Source of the DNA: Parasynechococcus marenigrum WH 8102
GTDB lineage: Bacteria > Cyanobacteriota > Cyanobacteriia > PCC-6307 > Cyanobiaceae
Reading direction: 5' to 3'
Length of the DNA: 32,000 bases
NCBI RefSeq assembly: GCF_000195975.1
Contig: NC_005070.1
Coordinates: 1,380,001-1,412,000 of the forward strand
Part shown: positions 25,539 through 32,000 of the stretch, one piece after another
How the letters are laid out: every line of letters begins with the position of its first letter
How positions within the stretch are numbered: position 1 is the stretch's first letter
Translations under genes and position numbers: made by a program
The notes under the pieces: generated by a model
The model's input: the letters and a program-made list of their open reading frames with translations, nothing else
What the model was told of the DNA's origin: nothing
Database searches by the model: none

Positions 25539-26906
25539 ATGCACGACATCATCTGCCCGCACTGCAGCAAGGCGTTCAAGGTGGATGAGGCCGGCTATGC
25601 CGACATCCTCAAGCAGGTGCGTGACCGGGAGTTCGAGCAGCAACTGAGCAAACGACTGGCGCTGGCGGAGCAGGAGAAACGCAATGCCATCGACTTGGCT
25701 CTGGCCCGAAAGCAGACGGAACTACAGGAGCTGGAGGCGCAGCTGCGGGCTCGGGATGTGAAGCAGGAACTGGCGGTGAAAGAAGCCGTGAGCACCGCCG
25801 AGAAGCAGCGGGATCTCCTGGCCAGCGAATTGCAGCAGATGCGGGAAAGTGGTGAAACCGCTGCCCGCATGGCGGAGACGCGTTTTGCTAAGGAGATCCA
25901 GACGCTCACCTTGCAGAAAGACGGAGAAGTCCGCGATCTGAAAGCGCAGCTGGAGGCCAGCGGCATAAAGACCAAACTGGCGGTGACCGAAGCTCTCAGT
26001 GGTGTTGAAAAAGAGCGCGACGAGCTCCGCAACAGCCTGAGCCAAAGCGAGCTCAAGCATCAACTGGACACCCAGTCGATGAAAGAGCGCTATGAGCTGC
26101 AGATTCACGATCGAGATCAGGCGATTGAACGCCTGCGGGACATGAAGGCACGGCTCTCCACAAAAATGGTGGGAGAGACATTGGAACAGCACTGCGAAAC
26201 GGAGTTCAACCGCATCCGGGCCGCAGCTTTTCCCAGGGCTTACTTCGAGAAGGACAACGACGCACGCAGTGGCAGCAAGGGGGATTACATCTTCCGAGAC
26301 AGTGACGAAGCCGACAACGAAATCATCTCGATCATGTTTGAGATGAAAAATGAGGCAGACACCACCGCCACCAAAAAGAGGAACGAGGACTTCCTCAAGG
26401 AACTCGACAAGGACCGACGCGAGAAAGGCTGTGAATACGCCGTGCTGGTGTCCCTGCTTGAAGCAGACAGTGAGCTCTACAACTCAGGAATCGTTGATGT
26501 CTCCCACCGCTTCGCCAAGACCTATGTGATCCGGCCCCAGTTCTTCATTCCGTTCATCACGCTGTTGCGCAACGTTGCCTTGAAATCATTGGAGGTCAAA
26601 GCCGAACTGGCCCTGGTGAAGGCTCAGAACATCGACGTGACCAATTTTGAAAACGACCTTGAGTCGTTCAAGACAGCCTTCTCCCGCAACTACGACCTCG
26701 CCTCCCGCCGCTTCCAGACGGCCATCGATGAAATCGACAAATCCATCGACCATCTGCAGAAAACCAAGGACGCACTTCTCGGTGCCGATCGCAACCTGCG
26801 CCTTGCCAACGACAAGGCACAGGATGTTTCCGTCAAAAGACTGACACGACGCAACCCGACGATGGCCCAGAAATTCGCCGAGTTGCAGGATCAGGATTCC
26901 GCCTGA
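25539..26906 (+). CDS. DUF2130-family protein (N-terminal zinc ribbon, long coiled coil, C-terminal nuclease-like domain)
   Basis: [24 protein letters not shown] start, an extended coiled coil, and a C-terminal ...GDYIFRD...IMFEMKNE... block. The start is trimmed from the track ORF. Confidence 0.75.
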   Translation: MHDIICPHCSKAFKVDEAGYADILKQVRDREFEQQLSKRLALAEQEKRNAIDLALARKQTELQELEAQLRARDVKQELAVKEAVSTAEKQRDLLASELQQMRESGETAARMAETRFAKEIQTLTLQKDGEVRDLKAQLEASGIKTKLAVTEALSGVEKERDELRNSLSQSELKHQLDTQSMKERYELQIHDRDQAIERLRDMKARLSTKMVGETLEQHCETEFNRIRAAAFPRAYFEKDNDARSGSKGDYIFRDSDEADNEIISIMFEMKNEADTTATKKRNEDFLKELDKDRREKGCEYAVLVSLLEADSELYNSGIVDVSHRFAKTYVIRPQFFIPFITLLRNVALKSLEVKAELALVKAQNIDVTNFENDLESFKTAFSRNYDLASRRFQTAIDEIDKSIDHLQKTKDALLGADRNLRLANDKAQDVSVKRLTRRNPTMAQKFAELQDQDSA

Positions 26907-26946
26907 GTCAAGCGAACGTGTGCCGGTAACTAGCCGAATCAGAAGA

Positions 26947-27444
26947 ATGCCCTCATCCCCCAGAAACAGAATCGGCGAGGTTTACGGACAGCTCACGGTG
27001 GTTCGGGCGTCGGAGCGACGCACAAAGGCTGGTAATGCCTATTGGTGGTGCCAGTGCACCTGTGGGAATGAGCGGGAGGTGCCTGGAGACAAACTTTCCC
27101 TGAACACCGCCCGTCGCAAGCCGATCGTTGATGCCTGTGAAACCTGTGCCCGTGAACGCCAGGTGGAAGGTGTCTGCATCAAGAACGATCGGGAAGAGAA
27201 AACACGTCGTGCCCAGGCGCAGCGTGAACGGGAACAGCTCAAAGGGCTTGTTCCGGATCGATGGTTGATGCTTCCTCTCACCGACGCCCATGCCAGGGAA
27301 TTGGGCCAGACCTTGTTTTTCCGCGGCACGCGCTGCCTGCTGGGGCATCTGGCGCCCTATCGGATCAACGGGGGTTGTCAGGCTTGCTCGGGTCAGACTC
27401 CGTCGGCGGGAGATTTGCCACCAACCAAGCCCACAGCGTCATGA
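26947..27444 (+). CDS. Cys-rich zinc-finger protein of phage/island type
   Basis: IGEVYGQLTVV...YWWCQCTCGNE and C-terminal FFRGTRCLLGHLAPYRINGGCQAC resemble motifs common in phage-borne hypothetical proteins. Confidence 0.5.
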   Translation: MPSSPRNRIGEVYGQLTVVRASERRTKAGNAYWWCQCTCGNEREVPGDKLSLNTARRKPIVDACETCARERQVEGVCIKNDREEKTRRAQAQREREQLKGLVPDRWLMLPLTDAHARELGQTLFFRGTRCLLGHLAPYRINGGCQACSGQTPSAGDLPPTKPTAS

Positions 27445-27486
27445 CCGACGCCCCAAAGGCCATCAATGCGAGGAGCTTTGACTCCA

Positions 27487-27585
27487 TCAGAGGAAGTCGA
27501 AATCGTCTTCTGCATCACCCGCAAATGCGTTCATCACCAATGCAGAAAAAGGAATGAAAACGGCTGCAATCACAAGAATTTCCAT
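27487..27585 (-). CDS. Possible 32-aa membrane microprotein with acidic tail
   Basis: Hand-found MEILVIAAVFIPFSALVMNAFAGDAEDDFDFL. Low GC3. It competes with a + strand 38-aa ORF (27441-27557) that overlaps the upstream stop as ATGA. Confidence 0.2.
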   Translation of the reverse strand: MEILVIAAVFIPFSALVMNAFAGDAEDDFDFL

Positions 27586-27770
27586 CAAGAATGAGCTTGT
27601 GCAATGAACGTAGTTCACACGACGTTACAAACAGTCGCCGACGACACCGTCGACCAGAGCTGCGTCGAAATACCTAACTTTCAAACCAAGTCTCTAGCCA
27701 CGTAGGCATTAAGCCTCGTTGTCAGCACATGCAGACAATCCACACTTGAAGAATCGACGTCTGTGGAGTC

Positions 27771-28085
27771 ATGCAATTGCTCAAAGCCGCATCCACCGCC
27801 ATCCATGGGTTGCTGCCCTCGAAGCAGATCCGTACGACGGAGGAGTGCCGCCAGCGCAACGACCGACAAAGCTATTTCAGCCTCACCAGACAACTGGTGA
27901 GTGCGCAGTTTGTCCTCGCGGACGGACAGTTGGCAGCACGGCTTTGGCAGGAGGTCGCCGCCCGGGAGATGGATCTCGGCCGCGTGATCAATCTTTTGTA
28001 TGGCTGCAGCTTTCCAGAGGACGACCAGGCGATGCAGGACGCAGACGATGAGTACCTGAGCCTGGTGGATCCCATCGATCCATGA
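27771..28085 (+). CDS. Hypothetical protein (104 aa)
   Basis: Track ORF with good GC3 bias and an acidic C-terminus. Confidence 0.5.
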   Translation: MQLLKAASTAIHGLLPSKQIRTTEECRQRNDRQSYFSLTRQLVSAQFVLADGQLAARLWQEVAAREMDLGRVINLLYGCSFPEDDQAMQDADDEYLSLVDPIDP

Positions 28086-28310
28086 GGCAGTACCTCAAAG
28101 CTCAAACACCGTTCCCAGCACTAAAGCTGGATGGGTCGTGGTGGAAGCCCGTCGGCGTTCCAATTGCACAACCATGGTCAGATGAGCCATGAAACGGACC
28201 GCTGACAGAACAGCGAGCCCAATGCAGAGGGGGCAGTGTGTGATTCCCATGGAACGAGGCTCCCAGCCTGCTGAGAGATTGACATGGTTCCGTGCGATTT
28301 CTTGATCAAA

Positions 28311-28508
28311 TCAACGGATCAACCAACAGATCAGAGCCGTCATCAGCGCCCCTTTGGCGAAGGACAGCCACATCAGCCCGTACAGGCCAATCCCGGTGCG
28401 CCGCATCAGGCCGTTGATCAACGTCTTGTGCCACCGAATGAGGACCGGATCGCCATCGGTGTTGAATTGCGCAACCCGCTTCAAAGGAAGCTCGGCAAGC
28501 CTTGTCAT
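28311..28508 (-). CDS. Hypothetical small membrane-associated protein (65 aa)
   Basis: MTRLAELPLKRVAQFNTDGDPVLIRWHKTLINGLMRRTGIGLYGLMWLSFAKGALMTALICWLIR with good GC3. Divergent from rpsU. Confidence 0.45.
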   Translation of the reverse strand: MTRLAELPLKRVAQFNTDGDPVLIRWHKTLINGLMRRTGIGLYGLMWLSFAKGALMTALICWLIR

Positions 28509-28580
28509 GACTGAGCAGAGGAATGACTCTTCCAGAAGACTGGCTGGTAAGATCATTTTTGCTCTCCCTCGGGGAAACGG

Positions 28581-28757
28581 ATGAGTCAGGTCACAGTCGG
28601 CGAAAACGAAGGGATTGAATCCGCATTGCGTCGTTTCAAGCGTTCTGTGGCCAAAGCCGGGATCTTTTCCGACCTGCGTCGGATCCGCCACCACGAGACT
28701 CCCGTTGAGAAGTACAAGAGCAAGCTGAAGCAGCGCTCCCGTAACCGCCGCCGCTGA
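28581..28757 (+). CDS. rpsU: 30S ribosomal protein S21
   Basis: [58 protein letters not shown] is a canonical S21 sequence. Confidence 0.9.
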
Positions 28758-28781
28758 AGTCGGCCAAACGCAAGATTGTTC

Positions 28782-28810
28782 AGCGGGCCAAAGGGCCCGC
28801 TTTTTTTTTG
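28782..28810 (+). terminator. Rho-independent terminator of rpsU
   Basis: GCGGGCC-aaa-GGGCCCGC hairpin followed by nine T. Confidence 0.8.
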
Positions 28811-28905
28811 CGGTCCATGGATTGGGAGCATCGCTGCGGCAGCGTCACAAAGATTGATCGGTTTCGCCAGAATCCACCGGAATTACAGCGATTCGGCCGA
28901 ACCCG

Positions 28906-29148
28906 ATGTTCCTGCCTCCTCCGTTCTGCCCGATCAGTGCGGCAAAAATCGCCGGTCTCAAGGCCACGGTCAGCCTGCTGTTGATCCTCCTGATCAAATC
29001 AAAACTCCTGCGCATCAAGATGTCGTTGCTGGGCTCCGTGCTCGGCTTTGCGATGCTGATGGGATTTTTGATCAGCACCGGCCTGCTCACCCTTGTGGCG
29101 GGCGGAGCCGTGGCCTACGCCGCCACTCAATCCAAGGGGGGCAACTGA
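28906..29148 (+). CDS. Small membrane protein (80 aa; alternative start 29020 gives 42 aa)
   Basis: GC3-rich throughout with hydrophobic segments. Stops 3 nt before the next gene. Confidence 0.4.
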   Translation: MFLPPPFCPISAAKIAGLKATVSLLLILLIKSKLLRIKMSLLGSVLGFAMLMGFLISTGLLTLVAGGAVAYAATQSKGGN

Positions 29149-29151
29149 CCG

Positions 29152-29814
29152 ATGGCACAACGTTTTGGATTGATCAGCGGAATCGGCCTATCCGCCCTTG
29201 GTGTTGCCGGTTTGGCAGGGGGAGGAATTCTCTGGAATTTCCAGGGGAGAACCCTGGGTCTCAGTGCCACCGTGACCGCTCTGGTCTTGTTGGCCATCAG
29301 CCTTGTGCTGCTGCGTCCCTTACCGGCGGAGCCCGTTCTGGAACCAGTCGCTGATGATGAGCCAGCCAAAGCCAACGGCTTCTCCCTGCAGCTGCCTGAA
29401 GTGTCGTTGGTGGGCCTGCTCCTGGCAGCCATCGGAACCTTCGGGCTAGCGGGCTCCGGCATTGCCTGGAACTTCAAAGGCCTTGCCCTCGGCCTCACTG
29501 GCACGATCACATCAATCGCAGCCCTGGTGTTCAGTCTGCTGTTTCTCTGGCCCCTGCGGAGCAAAAAGGCCAAGGTCACTGCCACGCCTGCGAAGCCAGT
29601 TGTCACCGAACCGGCTGTCGCCCCAACCCTCACCACCGCCGACGCGATCCGTCAGCAGTTGGCTGATGATCAAAACCAAACACCGGAGGTCACACTGAGG
29701 ACATTCGCACCGGACCACCTTGTGCCGGGACGCACCTTGCCCAGACGATCCCGCAATGCAGGTCCCTCCCTTGGCCGTTACCGGTCGATGGTGGGCGAAT
29801 TGTTCAGCAGCTGA
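29152..29814 (+). CDS. Membrane protein with an internally duplicated two-helix unit
   Basis: GVAGLAGGGILWNFQGRTLGLSATVT... (res 17-57) repeats as GTFGLAGSGIAWNFKGLALGLTGTIT... (res 95-135). Confidence 0.6.
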   Translation: MAQRFGLISGIGLSALGVAGLAGGGILWNFQGRTLGLSATVTALVLLAISLVLLRPLPAEPVLEPVADDEPAKANGFSLQLPEVSLVGLLLAAIGTFGLAGSGIAWNFKGLALGLTGTITSIAALVFSLLFLWPLRSKKAKVTATPAKPVVTEPAVAPTLTTADAIRQQLADDQNQTPEVTLRTFAPDHLVPGRTLPRRSRNAGPSLGRYRSMVGELFSS

Positions 29815-30089
29815 TTCATCACATTGCGCAGCTGTTGGTGCCAGGGCGTCACATCCACGGTCTGTCGACGCCCTGACCGTTTGTCCATCCCAGGGTGAAA
29901 TCCAGCCTCGTCCATCTCACGACGGAGACGGCGCATCACCGGAATCAACATCGCAGCGAAGACCAGGCTGAACAACAACAGAAATGGCAGCAACGTCACC
30001 AGCCAGATCGTTGCTACCGCCGTCAGCACACCTGTGACGATCAGCTGAAGCCAACGCGGTCTGGCTCGACCGGGAAGTTGTTTCATCAA
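29778..30089 (-). CDS. Membrane protein (103 aa)
   Basis: Two hydrophobic helices, then a basic segment. Its start overlaps the upstream stop (ATGA). Confidence 0.5.
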   Translation of the reverse strand: MMKQLPGRARPRWLQLIVTGVLTAVATIWLVTLLPFLLLFSLVFAAMLIPVMRRLRREMDEAGFHPGMDKRSGRRQTVDVTPWHQQLRNVMNQLLNNSPTIDR

Positions 30090-30382
30090 CGACCTGGTTG
30101 GGATGCCTTTAAAGCCTGCAAACCGAGCATCAAGTGCGTGCGAAAACTGCCAAGCGCCATCACCTGTTGCGGTGATCGATCTGAACCGATGGCATCTCCT
30201 TTGTGGGCCATGCGTTGCAACAGAAATCGGGTGTGATTCGCCCAGCGCTCAAGCTCTGCTGAAAGTATGTCGTTGCTCTCCTTGGCAGGAGTTGATGATT
30301 CCTGCATGGCGGTTTCAAGCCATCGGTTCAGCTGCCGATGGCTGAGGGCGTCGGGGATTGGAGGGGCGTCGTCTCGATTCAT
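30086..30382 (-). CDS. Hypothetical protein (98 aa)
   Basis: Track ORF, translationally coupled to 29778-30089. Confidence 0.45.
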   Translation of the reverse strand: MNRDDAPPIPDALSHRQLNRWLETAMQESSTPAKESNDILSAELERWANHTRFLLQRMAHKGDAIGSDRSPQQVMALGSFRTHLMLGLQALKASQPGR

Positions 30383-30465
30383 GAGCGATTGGTCTGAGAT
30401 GACTCGACCCTATGGAGACGTCTTCAACAGGACCAGTTCGGTCGGCATGGGGATCACCGCACCGC

Positions 30466-30642
30466 TCAGGTGGTCTTGCGGAAGATGCGCTCCAACTCCT
30501 GCCGGAAATCCTGCTGACTCAATGGCTCCGCGCCGCGACGTCGCCGGTTGCGGCGCACAAGCGAACGGATCAACCAGAGTTGCAGTGCAGCAAACAGCGT
30601 GCCGGTCACCAGCAGGCTTGCCGTGGCGCTGTTCCACTCCAT
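30466..30642 (-). CDS. Single-pass membrane microprotein (58 aa), paralogue of 24275-24448
   Basis: MEWNSATASLLVTGTLFAALQLWLIRSLVRRNRRRRGAEPLSQQDFRQELERIFRKTT. Confidence 0.4.
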   Translation of the reverse strand: MEWNSATASLLVTGTLFAALQLWLIRSLVRRNRRRRGAEPLSQQDFRQELERIFRKTT

Positions 30643-30651
30643 GCTGAAGCC

Positions 30652-30807
30652 TCAATACCTTGATTGCGGCAACGTGAAGCCCGACTGCATGTGCCCGAAA
30701 TCCAACATCACGTAGGTGAGCCAGATCAGCAGAGCGGCAATGCCTGCTCCTGCGGCAACTTTCGCCAGAGAGCGACCGATCATCTCCAGAAGGCTGACCT
30801 CTTTCAT
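30652..30807 (-). CDS. Possible 51-aa membrane microprotein
   Basis: MKEVSLLEMIGRSLAKVAAGAGIAALLIWLTYVMLDFGHMQSGFTLPQSRY. Confidence 0.35.
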   Translation of the reverse strand: MKEVSLLEMIGRSLAKVAAGAGIAALLIWLTYVMLDFGHMQSGFTLPQSRY

Positions 30808-30862
30808 CGGGCGACAACGGCAACCCTCTGATTCTGCCGTGACTGGCTCCACGAATGAGGGA

Positions 30863-31063
30863 ATGCGAACCTCAGTCAGCGTTCTCGACACCCATGCCGC
30901 TGATTCCGCGCTGGCGATACATGACAACGCAGGCCCGACAGCAGACCCGTCGCTTGGCTATCGAATCGGAGTTCTGGTGTTGCTGCTTGTGCTGAAGCTG
31001 CCGCTGCCATGGCTGCTGCTGGCAAGTGCTGCATGGTGGCTTTGGGGACGTCTGCAGCGCTAA
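30863..31063 (+). CDS. Possible 66-aa protein with C-terminal TM helix
   Basis: MRTSVSVLDTHAADS...GVLVLLLVLKLPLPWLLLASAAWWLWGRLQR, an internal ATG of the track ORF 30716-31063. Weak support. Confidence 0.25.
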   Translation: MRTSVSVLDTHAADSALAIHDNAGPTADPSLGYRIGVLVLLLVLKLPLPWLLLASAAWWLWGRLQR

Positions 31064-31090
31064 AAAAAGACCCCGCCGAAGGCAGGGTCT
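31062..31090 (-). terminator. Rho-independent terminator (minus strand)
   Basis: The minus strand reads GACCCTGCC-ttc-GGCGGGGTC followed by TTTTTTT. The stem has one mismatch. Confidence 0.7.
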
Positions 31091-31229
31091 GGGCACACCG
31101 GCGTGTGACCTTGTTTCCACAACGGTTGGCCTCCTCACAACTGAACGCTCGCGAACCGACGAGAGCTCTGAAAGAACGAGAGTGGAAGCCCGTCAACTGT
31201 CACAGTGACAGCTGGATGCAGGGGATGCT

Positions 31230-31436
31230 TCAGCCGATGCCCAGCAATCCGAAGCCGATCTGGCTGGCGATCCCTTGTCCGGTGATCAGCTCAGTGAGCA
31301 GGCCGATCAGAAAACCCAACATGGCAATACGGCCATTGAGCAGTTCGGCACGGTTAAAGCGCTCGGATGAAATCTGCGCACGAGCAGCGTCTTGATACCA
31401 GTCGTCACGAGTCTTGGAGGCGGAGTCGGACATCAC
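31230..31436 (-). CDS. hli: High-light-inducible protein (HLIP; CAB/ELIP/HLIP family)
   Basis: ERFNRAELLNGRIAMLGFLIGLLTE carries the chlorophyll-binding ExxNGRxAMxGF helix. 68 aa. Confidence 0.85.
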   Translation of the reverse strand: MMSDSASKTRDDWYQDAARAQISSERFNRAELLNGRIAMLGFLIGLLTELITGQGIASQIGFGLLGIG

Positions 31437-31443
31437 GCAATAG

Positions 31444-31461
31444 AAAGTAAAACAATGTTAC
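31444..31461 (-). promoter_or_regulatory. HLR1-like direct repeat (possible RpaB-type site) upstream of hli
   Basis: The minus strand reads GTAACATT-gt-TTTACTTT. Each half is one mismatch from (G/T)TTACA(T/A)(T/A), and the 2-nt spacer is canonical. It lies only 7 nt from the ATG, so the geometry is unusual. Confidence 0.25.
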
Positions 31462-31476
31462 ATCTTCTTGACTTCC

Positions 31477-32000
31477 TCAGCAACAGACCGAATCCAGAAA
31501 TGAGTGAACATGCTGAACCGCCAGGCACAGGTTCTGTTCCTCAGTTCGGCCAGAACGCTTTCGCGGCGAAAAACTGTGATCTCCGTCGGGGATCCACTGC
31601 AACGTCACTGCCGAGCTCATGGAATACACCTCCACTTCGTCCTGTCGACCCATCGCATCACGCTCACCTTGAAAAATCAGACAGGGGGCTGATAGGTCGA
31701 TCAAATGATGGGTGCGCAGCTGAGCAGGCTTGCCCAGGGGATGGAATGGGTAACCGAGGCAAACACCTGCCGCAACAGTTGTACTGGCATGCAGCTCATC
31801 CAGGAGCAGGCTGGCGATCCGTCCCCCCATCGACTTACCTCACAATCACCAGTGGGCGACCTTGATCAAGCTGATCAAGAGCGTCCCTGAAAGCCTTCAG
31901 CAACACATCAGGCCGATCAGGAAGAGTCTTCTGCCCGGTCAGACGCCGTCTGGCCATGTACGGGAAGTCAAAACGGTGAACCCGCCAGTTCAGCTGCGCC
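31477..32000 (-). pseudogene. Alpha/beta-hydrolase (COG3571-like predicted hydrolase), frameshifted; 5' end off window
   Basis: The upstream frame reads ...VHRFDFPYMARRRLTGQK...GRPLVIVR-stop. The downstream frame continues GKSMGGRIAS...CLGYPFHP...LIFQGERD...GDHSF. The nucleophile elbow GKSMGG is 1 nt out of frame with the N-terminal part, around 31840. Confidence 0.6.

Noticed and set aside
28098-28250. Possible 50-aa minus-strand ORF MGITHCPLCIGLAVLSAVRF...
   Set aside because: It has moderate codon bias only, with no RBS, paralogue or motif.
30872-31196. Minus-strand ORFs of 88 and 106 aa
   Set aside because: Both read straight through the intrinsic terminator hairpin and T-run at 31062-31090, and they have Ala/Arg-rich shadow-like composition.
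1-32000. Search by eye for CRISPR arrays, rRNA or tRNA genes, transposases, integrases, long terminal or inverted repeats, and additional guanidine-II/III or glutamine riboswitch motifs
   Set aside because: None was recognised. A proper scan (tRNAscan, Infernal/Rfam, a repeat finder) is needed to confirm their absence.

Overview
This window looks like a high-GC picocyanobacterial chromosome segment, most like marine or estuarine Synechococcus. The markers for that are an HLIP gene, an NblA-like gene, a Nif11-domain peptide, a DUF4278 microprotein and strong GC3 codon bias.

Layout:
- 1-3.8 kb: a cupin lipoprotein, a cytochrome P450 and several small ORFs.
- 3.86-10.0 kb, + strand: a guanidine-I (ykkC) riboswitch, then a ureohydrolase-fold guanidine hydrolase candidate (GdmH-like), HypA-like and HypB-like Ni-insertion factors, and a NitT/TauT-type ABC importer. 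A Rieske non-heme-iron oxygenase is start/stop-overlapped with the last transporter gene.
- 10.0-17.4 kb: a complete Nit1C (MSMEG_0567-0572 / sll0783-sll0787 type) cluster. It comprises an Sll0783-like protein, nitrilase, radical SAM, GNAT, AIR-synthase-like protein, MSMEG_0570-like protein and a divergent two-dinucleotide-fold flavoprotein. On the same strand it is extended by a DUF1348 (NTF2-like) gene and a DUF3050 (heme-oxygenase-like) gene.
- 17.4-20 kb: TIM-barrel isomerase-like, J-domain and SDR genes.
- About 20-28.5 kb: a visibly more A/T-rich, island-like stretch packed with ORFs under 100 aa. It also holds GH57, NblA-like, DUF1499 and DUF2130 genes plus a Zn-finger protein.
- 28.5-32 kb: rpsU, membrane proteins, an hli gene and a frameshifted alpha/beta hydrolase.

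No rRNA, tRNA, CRISPR array, transposase or integrase was seen by eye.

The most interesting part is the back-to-back pair of nitrogen-related clusters. These are the riboswitch-controlled guanidine module with an extra Rieske oxygenase, and the function-unknown Nit1C cluster with extra NTF2-like and HO-like genes.

All family assignments come from motif and pattern recognition on the translations. No database search was run.
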